Source of the DNA: Selaginella moellendorffii
Taxonomy: Eukaryota > Plantae > Lycopodiophyta
Length of the DNA stretch: 64,000 bases
NCBI RefSeq assembly: GCF_000143415.4
Contig: NW_003314274.1
Coordinates: 2,214,623-2,278,622 of the forward strand
Direction of reading: 5' to 3'
The notes under the pieces were generated by a model. It saw nothing but the letters and a program-made list of their open reading frames with translations. It did not search any database and was not told the DNA's origin. The translations under genes were made by a program, and so were the position numbers. Every line of letters begins with the position of its first letter. The first letter of the stretch is position 1. Positions 12,387 through 25,171 of the stretch are shown in pieces.

Positions 12387-15300
12387 CCGAGGTGGACCGA
12401 GACGGAGTCCGAGATGGACCAGAGATGGGGTCCGAGATGGACCGAGACGGAGTCCGAGATGGAGTCCGAGATGGAGTCCGAGATGGACCAAGATGGAGTC
12501 CGAGATGGAATCCGAGATGGAGTCCGAGATGGAGTCCGAGATGGAGTCCGAGAAGGACCCGAGATGGAGTCCGAGGTTGAGACCGAGACCGGGACCGAGA
12601 CCGGGACCGAGACCGAGACCGAGGCCAAGGCTGAGACCGAGCCCGAGCCCGAGTCCGAGTCCGAGTCCGAGTCCGAGTCCGAGTCCGAGTCCCAGTCCCA
12701 GTCCGAGTCCCAGTCCGAGTCCGAGTCTGAGTTCGAGTCTGAGAGGGTGAAAGCCCAAAGCGTTTGTCTCCCAGACCCTGGGGGGTTTGGTGAGCTCCAA
12801 AAGTATAGTAGGGGGAGGACTGCAGTGGAGCCAGTTTGGCCAGGAAAGGCCAGTTTGGCCCAGGAAGGCCGGACCCAGTGTTGGGTGTTGAGCTGACCAC
12901 TGGGAAGTCCAAGACTAGAGTGAACATGGACCGACAAGCGGGGTAGCTTGGTGAAGTGTTCAAGAGCCGGCTCTAGTTCCCCCGGGAGATCGACTGGCCG
13001 ATGCTCCCAGTCCAAGTGTGGGTGGCACTACCTACTTGGATACCAAGCGTGGCTCAATGGAACCTCGCTCTAAGACCATGGCTAGAGCACCTAAAGGCGA
13101 TAGGTGGGGAGAGTACCCAGGTGGCTCGCGTAAGGCCACGGTGTTCCGAAATGTTGTCCCAAAGGCCCAGACTGTGGAAAGGAAGAGGAGCAGTCCTCTG
13201 GGGTAGTGACCAAGGACACAGTCATGTGGTGAAGAAGTCCCAGAGGACCGTGGGACTTAGTGGTCGGGCCTATGGGCCTCGATCCAGTGGCAGTGTTGGC
13301 AAACACGGCCAGGGGCAGAAAGGGACTTGATAGGAACTGACAAAGGGACTTTGGGGAAGGCGATTCCCCAGGTCTGTGGGCATCCTAAGGATGCTAAGGA
13401 GTGGATCTAAGATGACCACTCGTGGACACATGGCCTAGTCTTGGAGAGACGAGGTGGTGATGCAAGTGGTGTTGGACCACTAGTGCAGCAAAGGTGAATG
13501 GGCATGGCCTTAGCGTAACGGGCCGAGATGTCAGTGGTACCTTTGGGTGTCGGTCTTGGGACCGGACACGTGGAGCACTTGGACCAGGTGCAAGTGTTGA
13601 GTGGCATGGATGCCATTCTTGGGGCTAGCAAGTCCCAAGTCCTGAATTGGATTGATGGAGGTTGTGAATGAGACTCCTCCAAGTGGTCGGAGGTGTGGTT
13701 AAGTGACTAAAGTAGAATGGAAAATTTAGTCGCTTACAACTTGGTATCGGAGCTGTTCCTTAGTCCGACTTTTATTGGTGCTCAAGTATATCACCATTGA
13801 TATTGGCATCGGAAGGTCCTAGGAGTGGGCCTATCCTTGAGGAGTAGCACGTCGAGAGGACATGGCTCTCCACTCAAGTTCATGCATGAACATGGGCACG
13901 ATGTGGTGGATAGAAAAGGGCCAATAATAGAACGACTTTGGGATTTTGGGAACAGTATAAGGTTTCCTCAGAGAGCTGAGGATGTGATCCAGATGAGCGT
14001 TTGATGCAGCAAACGGGCTAACTTAGTTGTGGTAAACAACTATGATTGGGATCACGGGAAAGATGTAGACTCCAAAATAATAAAGGAGTCACAAGATTAC
14101 CCTCATATAGTTGAGGCCGGTGCTCATAACTTGGAGACCGGAATTGATGACCATGGGAGGTCAAGTATAGGAGAGGACACAAGTCCTCGAAATGGTAGCT
14201 GAGGTTACCCTTGATAAATGCTGGAACAACCCAAGGAGTTGGGGATGTACTTAGAGGATGAGTTGGTATTCTCATCACATGGACAAGTGGTCCTAAGAGG
14301 CAAAAGGTTGCCCCAAGAGAACAAATCAAGTGTCGAAGTAACACTTGCAAAGATGGTCCTTGTGAGTAGGACCTGAATACAAGAAGTTGTATTCCAGTGA
14401 GCTAGCACCTCAAAAGTAGGACCTCATGGGTCGTCGGATGACAAAGTCCAAAAAGCTGGATGACTCCAATAGAGTCAAGGAATAATCCTAAAGGACTGAT
14501 GGAAGCATTTGGACTGAGGTGTGTGGTACCCCATGAAAGATGGGGGGGATCATGGGATCCAAGGATGAGAACAGAGGGTATCTCATCGATGGCAAAATGT
14601 GCCATGCTAAAGTCGTGGGAAGGGTGTTCCCAAAAAAGAAAACAACTTTGAAACAAAGTTGTGTATGACCTCTATGGTGCAGTGCTAACGAATGGTTGGC
14701 ATGAGAAAGAATGGTATTGGTCTTGGCAAAGACTTAGGCACAAAGAAGAAGTGTCATAGAGGTAGGCTCGTGGAGCCAATGGTGTGGAGACACCAAATGT
14801 GCCAAGGTGTAATACCTTGAGGCTATGTTGGTGGGTTCATGAGAACCCCTTGCCAAAGGAATCCCAATGGAAATGGGAATGGCATAGCCTAAGCTGCAGA
14901 GCATGTAGTTGGAGTGTCGTGACCCAGATAATGATGGAGGTGTAGAAGCACCAGCAATGAGTTGTAGGACTTGACAACTATGAGGCAACTAAGCAAGAGG
15001 TGCAAAATAATTGGTTAAATGGGTAGAAGGTAGCTACCCAAGCCTTCTTAATGGCATAAGGAAATTGGATATACCCTTATGGGGGATAAGTTGCTTATGT
15101 TGCGATATAGTAAGTCAATATCATGAAAGGAAATACTCATTGTCAAGGAAGCCGTCATTGGGACACCTAAACACTCTAGAACACCAGGAGGTGGTGTTTG
15201 ATGTCGTAAGGGCAATAGATAAGGCCCAAGGGACTAAGTCCCTAGCGAATGATGGATAGAATGTGCTATCAAAATGTCCAAGGTGGCGGAGACAGGAGAA

Positions 15301-18300
15301 GACTGTCTACTCGAATTGGACAAAGCCAGAAATGGAATTTTGGCAAGGCTAGCGATGGGCATGTAAAGGTCCATAAGCAACAACGTAATCTCGGTGTGTG
15401 GGATTATAGGGTGAGCATACCTGGATTGAGAAACCACTCCCTAGGCTATCGGGTAGGTTCATCCCTAAGAATACTTGCTAAGGCATGATAGAAAGTGCAA
15501 AGCTATCTTCCTGGTCTGGAGGAGAATGACCGAAGGAAAGGTGTGAAGCCAAAAGCAAGAAATATGGGGGTAGAACCAAACCATAGGAATCGAAGGGTAT
15601 AACCAAGGTTGGTTATGCCAGCTGGGAGTGGAGAATCAAGTGGGGGCTCAAGGGTGTTGCCGCTAGCAACCGTGATGCCATGGAGAGTCTAAAATATGGA
15701 ATTGTTCATGTTAGACTATATGGTAATTGGAAAGCTTGCAAAAAGGGAGGCCTTAGCAAGCTAAGGGACAGAGTTCCTTCAAGGTTCCCAAAGATGATTC
15801 TAGGTAGCTTAGTACTTAGAAAGGCCAAGTGTAAATGGTTCAAAGCATGCGCGAAATCAGAGTGGCGCAGCAGAAGCGTGGTCTTGAAGCTTGCCATGAG
15901 GCAAGGCTATCAAGGTTAGGGAAGTAGTTCCCGAGTGTTCAAAGAGAGGGCTTTGAACGAAAGTCGATTATCAAGGGCTTTCACGCTTGTGCAGGAACCA
16001 TGTTATAGTGGTCAGAGGACTTGCCAAAGCGAGATTGGCAAGTCAGGGGAACAAATACCCTAGTTGAAGGTGATAACTTCAAAAAGGGTGGGCCATGGGG
16101 CCAAGCATGGAGGAGTCCATGCATGATCACAGACTTGTCAAGTGAAAGGACTTGGCAATGTGGAGGAACTAGGTTCCTAAGCTGTGATCTATAGCGCGCT
16201 TTGAGTATAAAGTGGTGCACCGGCGTGGGGAGTCACGCCAGGCATCCTAGGTGATGCCATCCATAGATGCATATACGGAGGTTGGGTTCGAGTCCTGACC
16301 CTCTAGTGCTTGGGTTCGAGTCCCAACTCACTAGGGCGTGGTGATGGTTTGGAATATGAGGACACTCATTTTTTGGTGGTCATGGACTCTCAGTGTGGAG
16401 ACTGGTTTGGGCACACCGCCAAGCGAGGGATGCCTCGGAGTCGTGATGCACGGTTAGATTGCTTAGAGTGAAAACTCGGCATATCTAACTTGAACACTTT
16501 GGTGCAAAGGGCACCAAGGACGTGGTGAATGAGATGGGGACACCCAGTCTCAGTTGCTATGGATCCTTGGCCGGAAGGGCTGGCTTGGGCGCACCACCAA
16601 GTGTGGGGGATGCCCCCGGGGTCATAGTCAACAACTCAGAAGGGTCTGGAAGACCTAGTCCCTATTGATAGACCTATTAAAGGGTCAAAATAAGATCACT
16701 AGGTGATCTTGTGGCTAAACAAGGACAAAGTCTTTGTTTGGGTTAAGGAATATGATTCCTAGTTCAAAGTGTTGATTTGAACTATTGATAAAGGTGTGGC
16801 TTGGTTGAGGTGACCAAGTGGGAAGAACACCTAAGGGAAATGAGCTATGTCAATGCTATGGCATAGTAAGTCCAAGGAAAGTAATCTCTATAAAAGATCC
16901 AAGGGAGGGTCTCAAAAAGTTGGGCCGTGGATAGAGCCCACGACAGAAAACGTTAAAGAGACGTACTAGGGGTGAACACCTTCTAGACTTGGCAAAGCAA
17001 AGTGTTTGCTATGGAACCGAAAGGAAACCTCAAAAATGGAGGTAGCAATCCTATGTTGCTTGGTGCAACAATCCAAGGATAGGAGCAAAAGACGAGTGCC
17101 CAAGATAGGGCCGTGGAATCCATTGGAAAGAATCCAAGTGGCAAAGTTAGCCAAGGAACACTAATGTGGTTGATGCTAACAGATTGCGGAAAAAGAAGTG
17201 GACTTCCAAGGATGGATTCCCAAGTGCTCCAATTTGGCAAAGGAAAGGCTCCAAGGGAGGGAGCAACTAAGTAGCCAAAAGATAGGGCCGTGGACAGCCC
17301 TAGCACAAATAATGATAAATGGAATGTAATGCCAATGGTGGCACAAAAATAGAAAAGAGGGTGAGGGTGCCCTTGAGTAGAGAACTTCCTAGGAGGGGAA
17401 GTGGAGTTGCACAAAATGTGCAAGGCAAGGTGTCAGAGACACCTAGGAAATTGACTCCAAAAAGTCAAGAGTAAACATTCCAAAGTGCAAAGGTAGATCA
17501 ATGGAATCTGTGACTACTCAAGAATGAGTAGTGGAATTGAGTTAGAGAGGGTGTCTCTAATGGGTTTGGCGAGAACTGAACCAATAAAAAGGAGCAAACC
17601 ACCCTAGGTGGTCAAGTGAGTCTCTAAGTTGGAGAGACTATCCTCCTTAGAGGATGGGCAAGGCATGGTGAGCCTTTGGTGTCAAACCATTGACGAATAT
17701 GGAGAAGGCATGGTGAGCCTTCAATGTCAAACCATTGACAAATATTGGCTAGGTGCCAAGGATGGGAATGGTAACACATGCGGGTGTTACTTTATAAAAT
17801 GGTTTACCGTTCGATGAGGACATCGAACTTCGTCTATGGGTGGTGGAGTTGTGAGACACAAAATCCCTAGGCCCCAAAGTGGAGCTGGAAAGGGTGCCAC
17901 ATGGTAGTGGCCGAAGTGAAAGCCAAACGAGCGTAACACGTTTGGACTAAAAGCTCCGACTTGAAAGGTCGAGAGTGGGAGTGGAACTCCCAACAAAGTG
18001 CTCAAGGAGCGAGCACAAAGCGAGCAATAAGCAAGGCTCCAAAAAGGGACCCAAAAAGGACCAACACATGACACATGGAAGTGTCCGAGATGGAGTCCGA
18101 GACGGACCCTAGTTGGAGTCTGAGATGGACCCGAAGTGGAGTCCGATATGGAGTCCGAAGTGGAGTCCGAGATGGAGTCCGATATGGAGCCCGAGATGGA
18201 CCCGAAGTGGAGTCCGAGGTGGACAAAGACGGAGTCCGAGATGGACCTGAGATGGAGTCCGAGATGGAGTCCGAGGTGGACCGAGAAGGAGTCCGAGATG

Positions 18301-19722
18301 GACCCGAGATGGAGTCCGAGATGGACCCGAGATGGAGTCCGAGATGGACCCGAGATGGAGTCCGAGGTGGAGTCCGAGGTGGACCGAGACGGAGTCCAAG
18401 ATGGACCAGAGATGGGGTCCGAGATGGACCGAGACGGAGTCCGAGATGGAGTCCGAGATGGAGTCCGAGATGGACCAAGATGGAGTCCGAGATGGACCGA
18501 GATGGAGTCCGAGATGGAGTCCGAGATGGAGTCCGAGAAGGACCCGAGATGGAGTCCGAGGTCGAGACCGAGACCGGGACCGAGACCGGGATCGAGACCA
18601 AGACCAAGGCCAAGGCTGAGACCGAGCCCGAGCCCGAGTCCGAGTCCAAGTCCGAGTCCGAGTCCAAGTCCGAGTCCGAGTCCGAGTCCGAGTTCAAGTC
18701 TGAGAGGGTGAAAGCCCAAAGCGTTCGTCTCCCAGACCCTGGGGGGTTTGGTGAGCTCCAAAAGTATAGTAGGGGGAGGACTGCAGTGGAGCCAGTTTGG
18801 CCAGGAAAGGCTAGTTTGGCCCAGGAAGGCCAGACCCAATGTTGGGTGTTGAGCTGACCACTGGGAAGTCCAAGACTAGAGTGAACATGGACCGACAAGC
18901 GGGGTAGCTTGGTGAAGTGTTCAAGAGCCGGCTCTAGTTCCCCCGGGAGATCAACTGGCCGATGCTCCCAGTCCAAGTGTGGGTGGCACTACCTACTTGG
19001 ATACCAAGCGTGGCTCAATGGAACCTCGCTCTAAGCCCATGGCTAGAGCACCTAAAGGCGATAGGTGGGGAGAGTACCCAGGTGGCTCGCGTAAGGCCAC
19101 GGTGTTCCGAAATGTTGTCCCAAAGGCCCAGACTGTGGAAAGGAAGAGGAGCAGTCCTCTGGGGTAGTGACCAAGGACACAGTCATGTGGTGAGGAAGTC
19201 CCAGAGGACCATGAGACTTAGTGGTCGGGCCTGTGAGCCTCGATCCAGTGGCAGTGTTGGCAAACACGGCCAGGGGCAGAAAGGGACTTGATAGGAACTG
19301 ACAAAGGGACTTGATAGGAACTGACAAAGGGACTTTGGGGAAGGCGATTCCCCAAGTCTGTGGGCATCCTAAGGATGCTAAGGAGTGGATCTATGATGAC
19401 CACTCGTGGACACATGGCCCAGTCTTGGAGAGACGAGGTGGTGATGCAAGTGGTGTTGGACCACTAGTGTAGCAAAGGTGAATGGGCATGGCCTTAGCGT
19501 AACGGGCCGAGATGTCAGTGGTACCTTTGGGTGTCGGTCTTGGGACCGGACACGTGGAGCACTTAGACCAGGTGCAAGTGTTGAGTGGCATGGATGCCAT
19601 TCTTGGGGCTAGCAAGTCCCAAGTCCTGAATTGGATTGATGGAGGTTGTGAATGAGACTCCTCCAAGTGGTCGGAGGTGTGGTTAAGTGACTAAAGTAGA
19701 ATGGAAAATTTAGTCGCTTACA

Positions 19723-20930
19723 AGGCCGAGCAATAGAAAATAAACTCAAATTTATATCAACTAACATGGAAAAAATAATATGAGACATCTTGTTATAAAA
19801 ACAAGCTTAAACACTAAAAGAACTAATGCCGCCTTGATAATACTTATGAAAGAAAGATTGGAAAGGTCACTTACTTATTTGTGTAAGGATGCTCTGCCAC
19901 TCATGTGAATCCTCATCTCTTGGAAATATTTCAATGTCTAAACCTTCCACTACAACAGCACAAATAGGCTGTTATTGACGTTAAGGTCTCCACCCAGAAA
20001 ATAAAAATTGCCAATCTAGAAAATATCGACAACTCCAATAAGTGTGATCAATTTCATCACACTTCCAGTGGCGGACATCACAGCAATAACTATGTTGTCG
20101 CCCTTGTCCTTGAACTCGGGCACTAGCAATATCAATTTTTATTAGAATAAGACCATCTCCCACAAAAAGTGGAGCTGAAGGATGTGCAATGAAAAGTGGA
20201 AGAGATGACATCTCATGACGTTATACTAAGCAAAGAGCATCGTCAAGAGTTGGTAAAGCAAGTGCATGCATAAATCTTACAAGATATTGACAAAGTGTTA
20301 GCCACAACATTCTTAATTTGATTTGCTCTAACATATTTGGCTCTGCATGAAGCAAGAGGCTTTAGAAACGAATGCTAAATTGCACCATTGACTTAAATGG
20401 CCTTGATAAAGATAATGCAATTCTTGGAAGGTATTATCACAATTGTTTATATATCTAAATGCACATTTGAAGACGTTTAGGAGAATGCTTCAATTTGCAT
20501 AGATAGTTGCGCTGAAACCATTATACCACTGTAGCACCGTCTTTTGGGAAACTCATGCAAATGTCAAGCATCATCCTAGAAATGATATGTGGTAATTATT
20601 ATAAAGTGATCAAACTAATAGTACATATCATCTTCATGATTCTTATGGAAAAACTTTGGTCAGATGCAAAGATTGGCACTAAGAGTAGGAGGAGATATAC
20701 CACGTGCTATGAATGCTACCATCAATTAAATTTGATTGTTCAATTCCAAATATATAGCATGGAACAATTGCACCAACTACTACTCAAAAGTCAAAAAAGA
20801 GGAGGCTACTACTTTGCCATGAGAATGAATGAAAAGGAAAGAGCAAAAAATAAGAAATTGAAAAAGTTATAAAATAAGGGAAATTTAGATGATGCAAAAG
20901 TTAGATCTAAACTAAAATCCCAAAGCTGAA
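19723..20930 (-). mobile_element. Right part (protease/gag remnants) of the decayed gypsy element that begins at 1051
   Basis: Colinear by eye with 58915-60140 (e.g. GAGCAATAGAA..AAACTC..TATATCAAC..AACATGG); resumes exactly after TSD AGGCC. Confidence 0.8.
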
Positions 20931-22844
20931 TTATTTTTTGTGATATGTTTTATTTGATGTATCTCAGTGATTGCTTCTTCATCAATATTTAGTATAATAT
21001 CATATTTAAATTTTTATTTATACTTTAATTTTCTTTTGAAAAAATTGAATTCAATATCAATTAATTTATGAATTTAAGATATAATTCTTTAAAAATCAGA
21101 AAATAAAACACAATAAGAAAAATATATATAGTTAATTAAGTCTTACCTTTGACTTCTATAATAGCAAATTTTATACCATTTGTTTTTTGTATTATAAGTT
21201 ATTTCTTCCAAAATAGGTAGTTAAACTAGAATTTAATACATGTATATTTAAGTTTTATATGAATGAAATTTATGCATAGATTAGATATAAGGCAAATGGG
21301 AAAACAACAATATCAATAGTGATAACTATGGGATTGAAAAATTATTTATTCTTACCACAAAGTGATAGAGAATAAAATTAATAAAATGTGATATGGTAAA
21401 AGCTTCATGTTTTTTATCTATTTTTTAAAAAAATTAAAAAACTTAAGTTTTAATAGAAAATGATAAAGTTATATGAATATAAAATAATAATTATCAATAA
21501 CTTTAAAGGTATCAGGGTAATTAAAAATATTTTATCATTTTCTCTAATAAATTCCTAGGCAGATGAGATGTTGATGGATATTGAAAACAAATAGAGAATA
21601 AATTATATAACATATGTACTATGCTATAAGAAAGGATAATCATTTTGTTCCTTAACTACTCAAAACTATATGTAAAAGAGTATAACAAATCATTAGTTAA
21701 ACATAAAAATACAACTAAAGGATATTTCTCCTCAATGTGTTTTCATTCAGAAGGGATTATCTTTAGAGAATTATAAATCTCTATTTTTAAATTTAACATG
21801 TTTATAAAGAAATGCAGTCATAACAGAATATAAGGTTTATGAGAATAAGTATAAATGGTGTGAAATGCTTAAAAAATGTGCTATAAAAAGATTGTCAAGG
21901 TTTAGGGTGTATGATATCACTCACAAATACATAATTACTCTATACAAACAAAATAAAATATAAGCTTGAAACTCAAGTGGTTAATTGATTGTAGCACACT
22001 CTACATTAGCTATTTGTACTGCAAGTAGATGGTGGATATTTTTGTTTGTAAATGCTCTACAAAATAAAGGGTATACATATAGTATACTTTGTTCATATGT
22101 ATATTATGTTTTAAGTAGTCATTAATAAATGAAAATTAAACCTTGCTATTTACTCAGATACTATATATAACACACTGTATCTTTCTCCCTTTAAACCAAT
22201 TGAAAAGAGGCAATTGCTTAATAAAAAAGCCAATTGTGCTATTGAATGACACCAAGGCTTGGGCTGCTTTTACATTAGCATGGGTGATAAAACTTGCAGC
22301 AAGAGCAACAATACAGACTATATTGCAAGTTGGTTTAGGAGGAGCTTAGAGCTCACAAGAAGTTATAATCTTTTTAACAAGGCAAATGAGATCCTTAGGG
22401 TTATAGTTATCTCAACTCAAAATCCAACTAGCACATTTGTATGGATAGTGACATGATTGACAATTTAAATTGCCTTCCTTCGGATACTCAGCCATTGGAT
22501 GCTCCTCAAGGAACATCTTCTGAGTCACCTCAATAATAATAGAAAATCCCTGCAATTACATCAACCATTTTGAGTAAAATGGAAGTTGATATTCTTTCTA
22601 AGTTGCCAAAGAATGAGTGGATGATACCATTTGTGAGTTGCTCGATACAAAGGATAAGACAGGCTAGATAAGATCCTTCCTCTCAATGTTTGTTAGATTT
22701 TTTTTATAAGAGTTTAAATCTACTCAAAGCAAAAACAACATGCTTTAACTGAAAGTTTAATCCTTGCTAATGTGTCAAAAAATCTGATGTAAAATCAAAA
22801 TTTATATAGTGCAAAAAATCACATATATAGTGCTAACTTTTATT

Positions 22845-22960
22845 TTGCCATGCATATGTGGCGGGCACTAATGGATGCCCATGCATAAAAAAAGGTTATA
22901 TTCAAAATATTATTTTATGAGTAACAACAATTTAAGCACACAAATGTTTCTTTTTATATA
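22845..22960. repeat. Dispersed repeat, with a second direct copy at ~33512-33635
   Basis: TTGCCATGCATATGTGGC..CACTAAT..TG.CCATGCATAAAA..TTCAAAATATTATT..ACAACAATTTAAGCA is present at both sites. Confidence 0.7.
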
Positions 22961-23375
22961 TTTTACAAGTTTGCACAATTTTTTACCAGAACTCCCACCT
23001 ATCCCTTTTGGGAGTTGTACCTCCTCATAACAAAAATATAGACTTTTTATAAATAGAAAAGGGCCAAAATATCAATAAAATGTAAAATAAACCATTTAAT
23101 TGCTTTTTCATCTAGCTTATGCATCTATTTACTCAAGAGAATTAAGATTGCCAACTTCTTACTATTGTGACCAAATAGAAAGTTATAGACAAAGCTATTG
23201 TTATTTTAGAGGGTGAGAATGACATTGATAAAAAAAATTTATAAATTCTAACTCAAATAAATTAGCTTTAATCTATTCCTTCATAAATTGTTTTTGTCAC
23301 ACCTTAGTGAGTTTAAATAGTTAAAATTCAAACTTAAAATAATTATTTAAACCATTATATCCATATAGAGATTAT

Positions 23376-23458
<83 letters not shown>
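23376..23458. repeat. Compound (CA)n(TA)n microsatellite
   Basis: Directly visible. Confidence 0.95.
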
Positions 23459-23462
<4 letters not shown>

Positions 23463-23748
23463 AGGAGGAATTTATTTTATTTATCAGAAAATCTAAATAT
23501 TTATATATATATAATGAGTAATGTTCAAAACCTCCTCAAGAACCCTAAATTTTCACTGTGTCAGGGTTTTAGGGTTCTTTGGATCGGGAAGCTAATTCCA
23601 TTATACTAAAACTCAGAAATCAAAGTATAAATTAAACAAGTACTTCTAACCATTATTTTGATAAATCATTCTAAATAGTTAGTTCTTTATTCTTTGCAGG
23701 CCAATTTTTTCTTAGTTCTTTGCAAGCCAATCTGGCATTCCTGAGAAT

Positions 23749-24912
23749 TCATATGTGGCTACTTCTCAGAGTGACTGGCTGATTGATGGGTGGTGGAAAC
23801 TCCAACTTTCGATACGGAACATCCACTTTAATCACTTTCTGCTGCTCTCCTCCCTGCTGCAAGCTCCACTTCGACTTCGACTTCGAGGACGAGGAGAATC
23901 GCTCGTCAAAACTAATCACTGCGGTGTCCTTGGGACACGAAAGTATCGCGCGCTTGATCACCATCTTCCTGCTGCTCCTGGAAGTATGGAAGCGGTCGCG
24001 CTGGATCTGGCACAGCGTGAGCACGATATCACCCATGCACGGCCGCTTGCTTTCCCGCCTCACGCACCGCGCCGCCAGCACCGCCATCCGCTTGATCCCT
24101 GCTGCCTCTCCCTCCGGGATCCTCACGCGCGGGTCGCAGATAGCCAGAGCCCTCCCCTGCTTGATCAGCGGCAACGCCCAGTCCACCATGCGAACTGGAG
24201 ACATCCTGTCGTCGATAACTTGGCGGCCGGAGATGAGCTCCAGGAGGAGCACGCCAAAACTGAAGACGTCGATCTTGGGCCCGACCTTCTCGGGCTTGTC
24301 GTAGCGCGGGTCCACGTAGCCGAGCGTTCCCGCCGGAGTACACATGATGTCCTTGGTGTCGCCTCGCAGCGCCAGGCCAAAGTCCCCCAGCCGAGCGTTC
24401 CAATTCGCGTCGATCAAAACGTTGGAGCTCTTCACGTCCCTGTGGATGATCTGCGGCGTAGAGCTGTGGAGCGCGTGGAGCGCCCTTGCGGTCTGGACTG
24501 CGATGCGGACCCGGCGCGACCAGCTGAGGCTCGAGGACGAGAGCTTGGAGTGGAGCACGTCGTGCAAGCTGCCGTTGGCCATGAACTCCACAACCAGGAG
24601 GACTTCGTCGTTGCGCTCGCAGAAGCCCAGCAAGTTGACGACGTGAGGGCACTCGATCTGGGAGAGGATAAAGCGCTCCTTGCTGGTGGAAGGATTCGCG
24701 GTGGTGCAAGTGGCCCGCTTCACCGCTGCAAGCTGGCCGTTCTTGAGGACTGCCTTGTAAACCGAGCCATAGCTTCCCCGTCCCAGCAAGTTCTCCTCGG
24801 CAAAGTTGCCAGTGGCCAGCTCCAAGTCTCTAAACTTGTAGATTGTGAGCAGCCTAACCCGGTCCTGACAGCGCCTCGGACCAAGACACCAGAGCTTGGA
24901 GAGAGCTCCCAT
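23749..24912 (-). CDS. Intronless receptor-like cytoplasmic Ser/Thr kinase (RLK/Pelle family, RLCK)
   Basis: 387-aa ORF with GRGSYGSVYK, AVK, HRDVKSSN, DFG, GTLGYVDPRY and DVFSFGVLLLELISG. No TM or ectodomain; MG..C N-terminus compatible with acylation. Confidence 0.93.
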   Translation of the reverse strand: MGALSKLWCLGPRRCQDRVRLLTIYKFRDLELATGNFAEENLLGRGSYGSVYKAVLKNGQLAAVKRATCTTANPSTSKERFILSQIECPHVVNLLGFCERNDEVLLVVEFMANGSLHDVLHSKLSSSSLSWSRRVRIAVQTARALHALHSSTPQIIHRDVKSSNVLIDANWNARLGDFGLALRGDTKDIMCTPAGTLGYVDPRYDKPEKVGPKIDVFSFGVLLLELISGRQVIDDRMSPVRMVDWALPLIKQGRALAICDPRVRIPEGEAAGIKRMAVLAARCVRRESKRPCMGDIVLTLCQIQRDRFHTSRSSRKMVIKRAILSCPKDTAVISFDERFSSSSKSKSKWSLQQGGEQQKVIKVDVPYRKLEFPPPINQPVTLRSSHI

Positions 24913-25171
24913 AGCTTAGAGATAAAATGGAAACTTTAAGTAAGACCTGAAGGATCGAAGTAGCGGAAGCTCGAGAATTTCGTTGATGGAGTCGATGGCA
25001 TGGCTGTTTGATGGCCGCCCTTGAGAAGCAAAGGCTAAACTGAGGGGCAGAATTAGATAGACGCGGCGAACAAAGCCTAGGAATAATCGCCAAGGATACA
25101 AACAATGACCCGGCCCTCGACGAGGAAACCGACCGCGCGAGAGAGGAGATAACGTAAAAAAAAAAAAAGTA

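Larger units (their letters stand above)
4194..19722 (+). mobile_element. Large non-autonomous LTR retrotransposon (LARD-like), outer copy; 5' LTR split (4194-4711 + 12387-13738), interior 13739-17849, 3' LTR 17850-19722
   Basis: TSD AGGCC at 4189-4193 and 19723-19727. LTR ends T(G/A)TGAGACAC..GTCGCTTACA. PBS TGGTATCGGAGC at 13742-13753; PPT ATGGGTGGTGGAG at 17836-17848. The interior has no long ORF, only faint integrase-like remnants (SCRT*Q, KWVE, GSLVLRK). Confidence 0.92.

Noticed and set aside
5435-18976. Long ORFs in the LTRs (e.g. 5435..6565, 11862..12896, 17787..18839) with SD/RS/GL repeats
   Set aside because: They arise from stop-free 6/12-mer satellites open in several frames on both strands, and indels between LTR copies shift their frames.
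4712-19722. Palindrome as an assembly fold-back artefact
   Set aside because: The arms differ substantially in their interiors and both insertions have their own 5-bp TSDs.
23755-24939. 394-aa plus-strand ORF opposite the kinase, and 275-aa ORF 27922..28749 opposite GAPA
   Set aside because: Antisense shadows of GC-rich coding sequence with no recognisable motifs.
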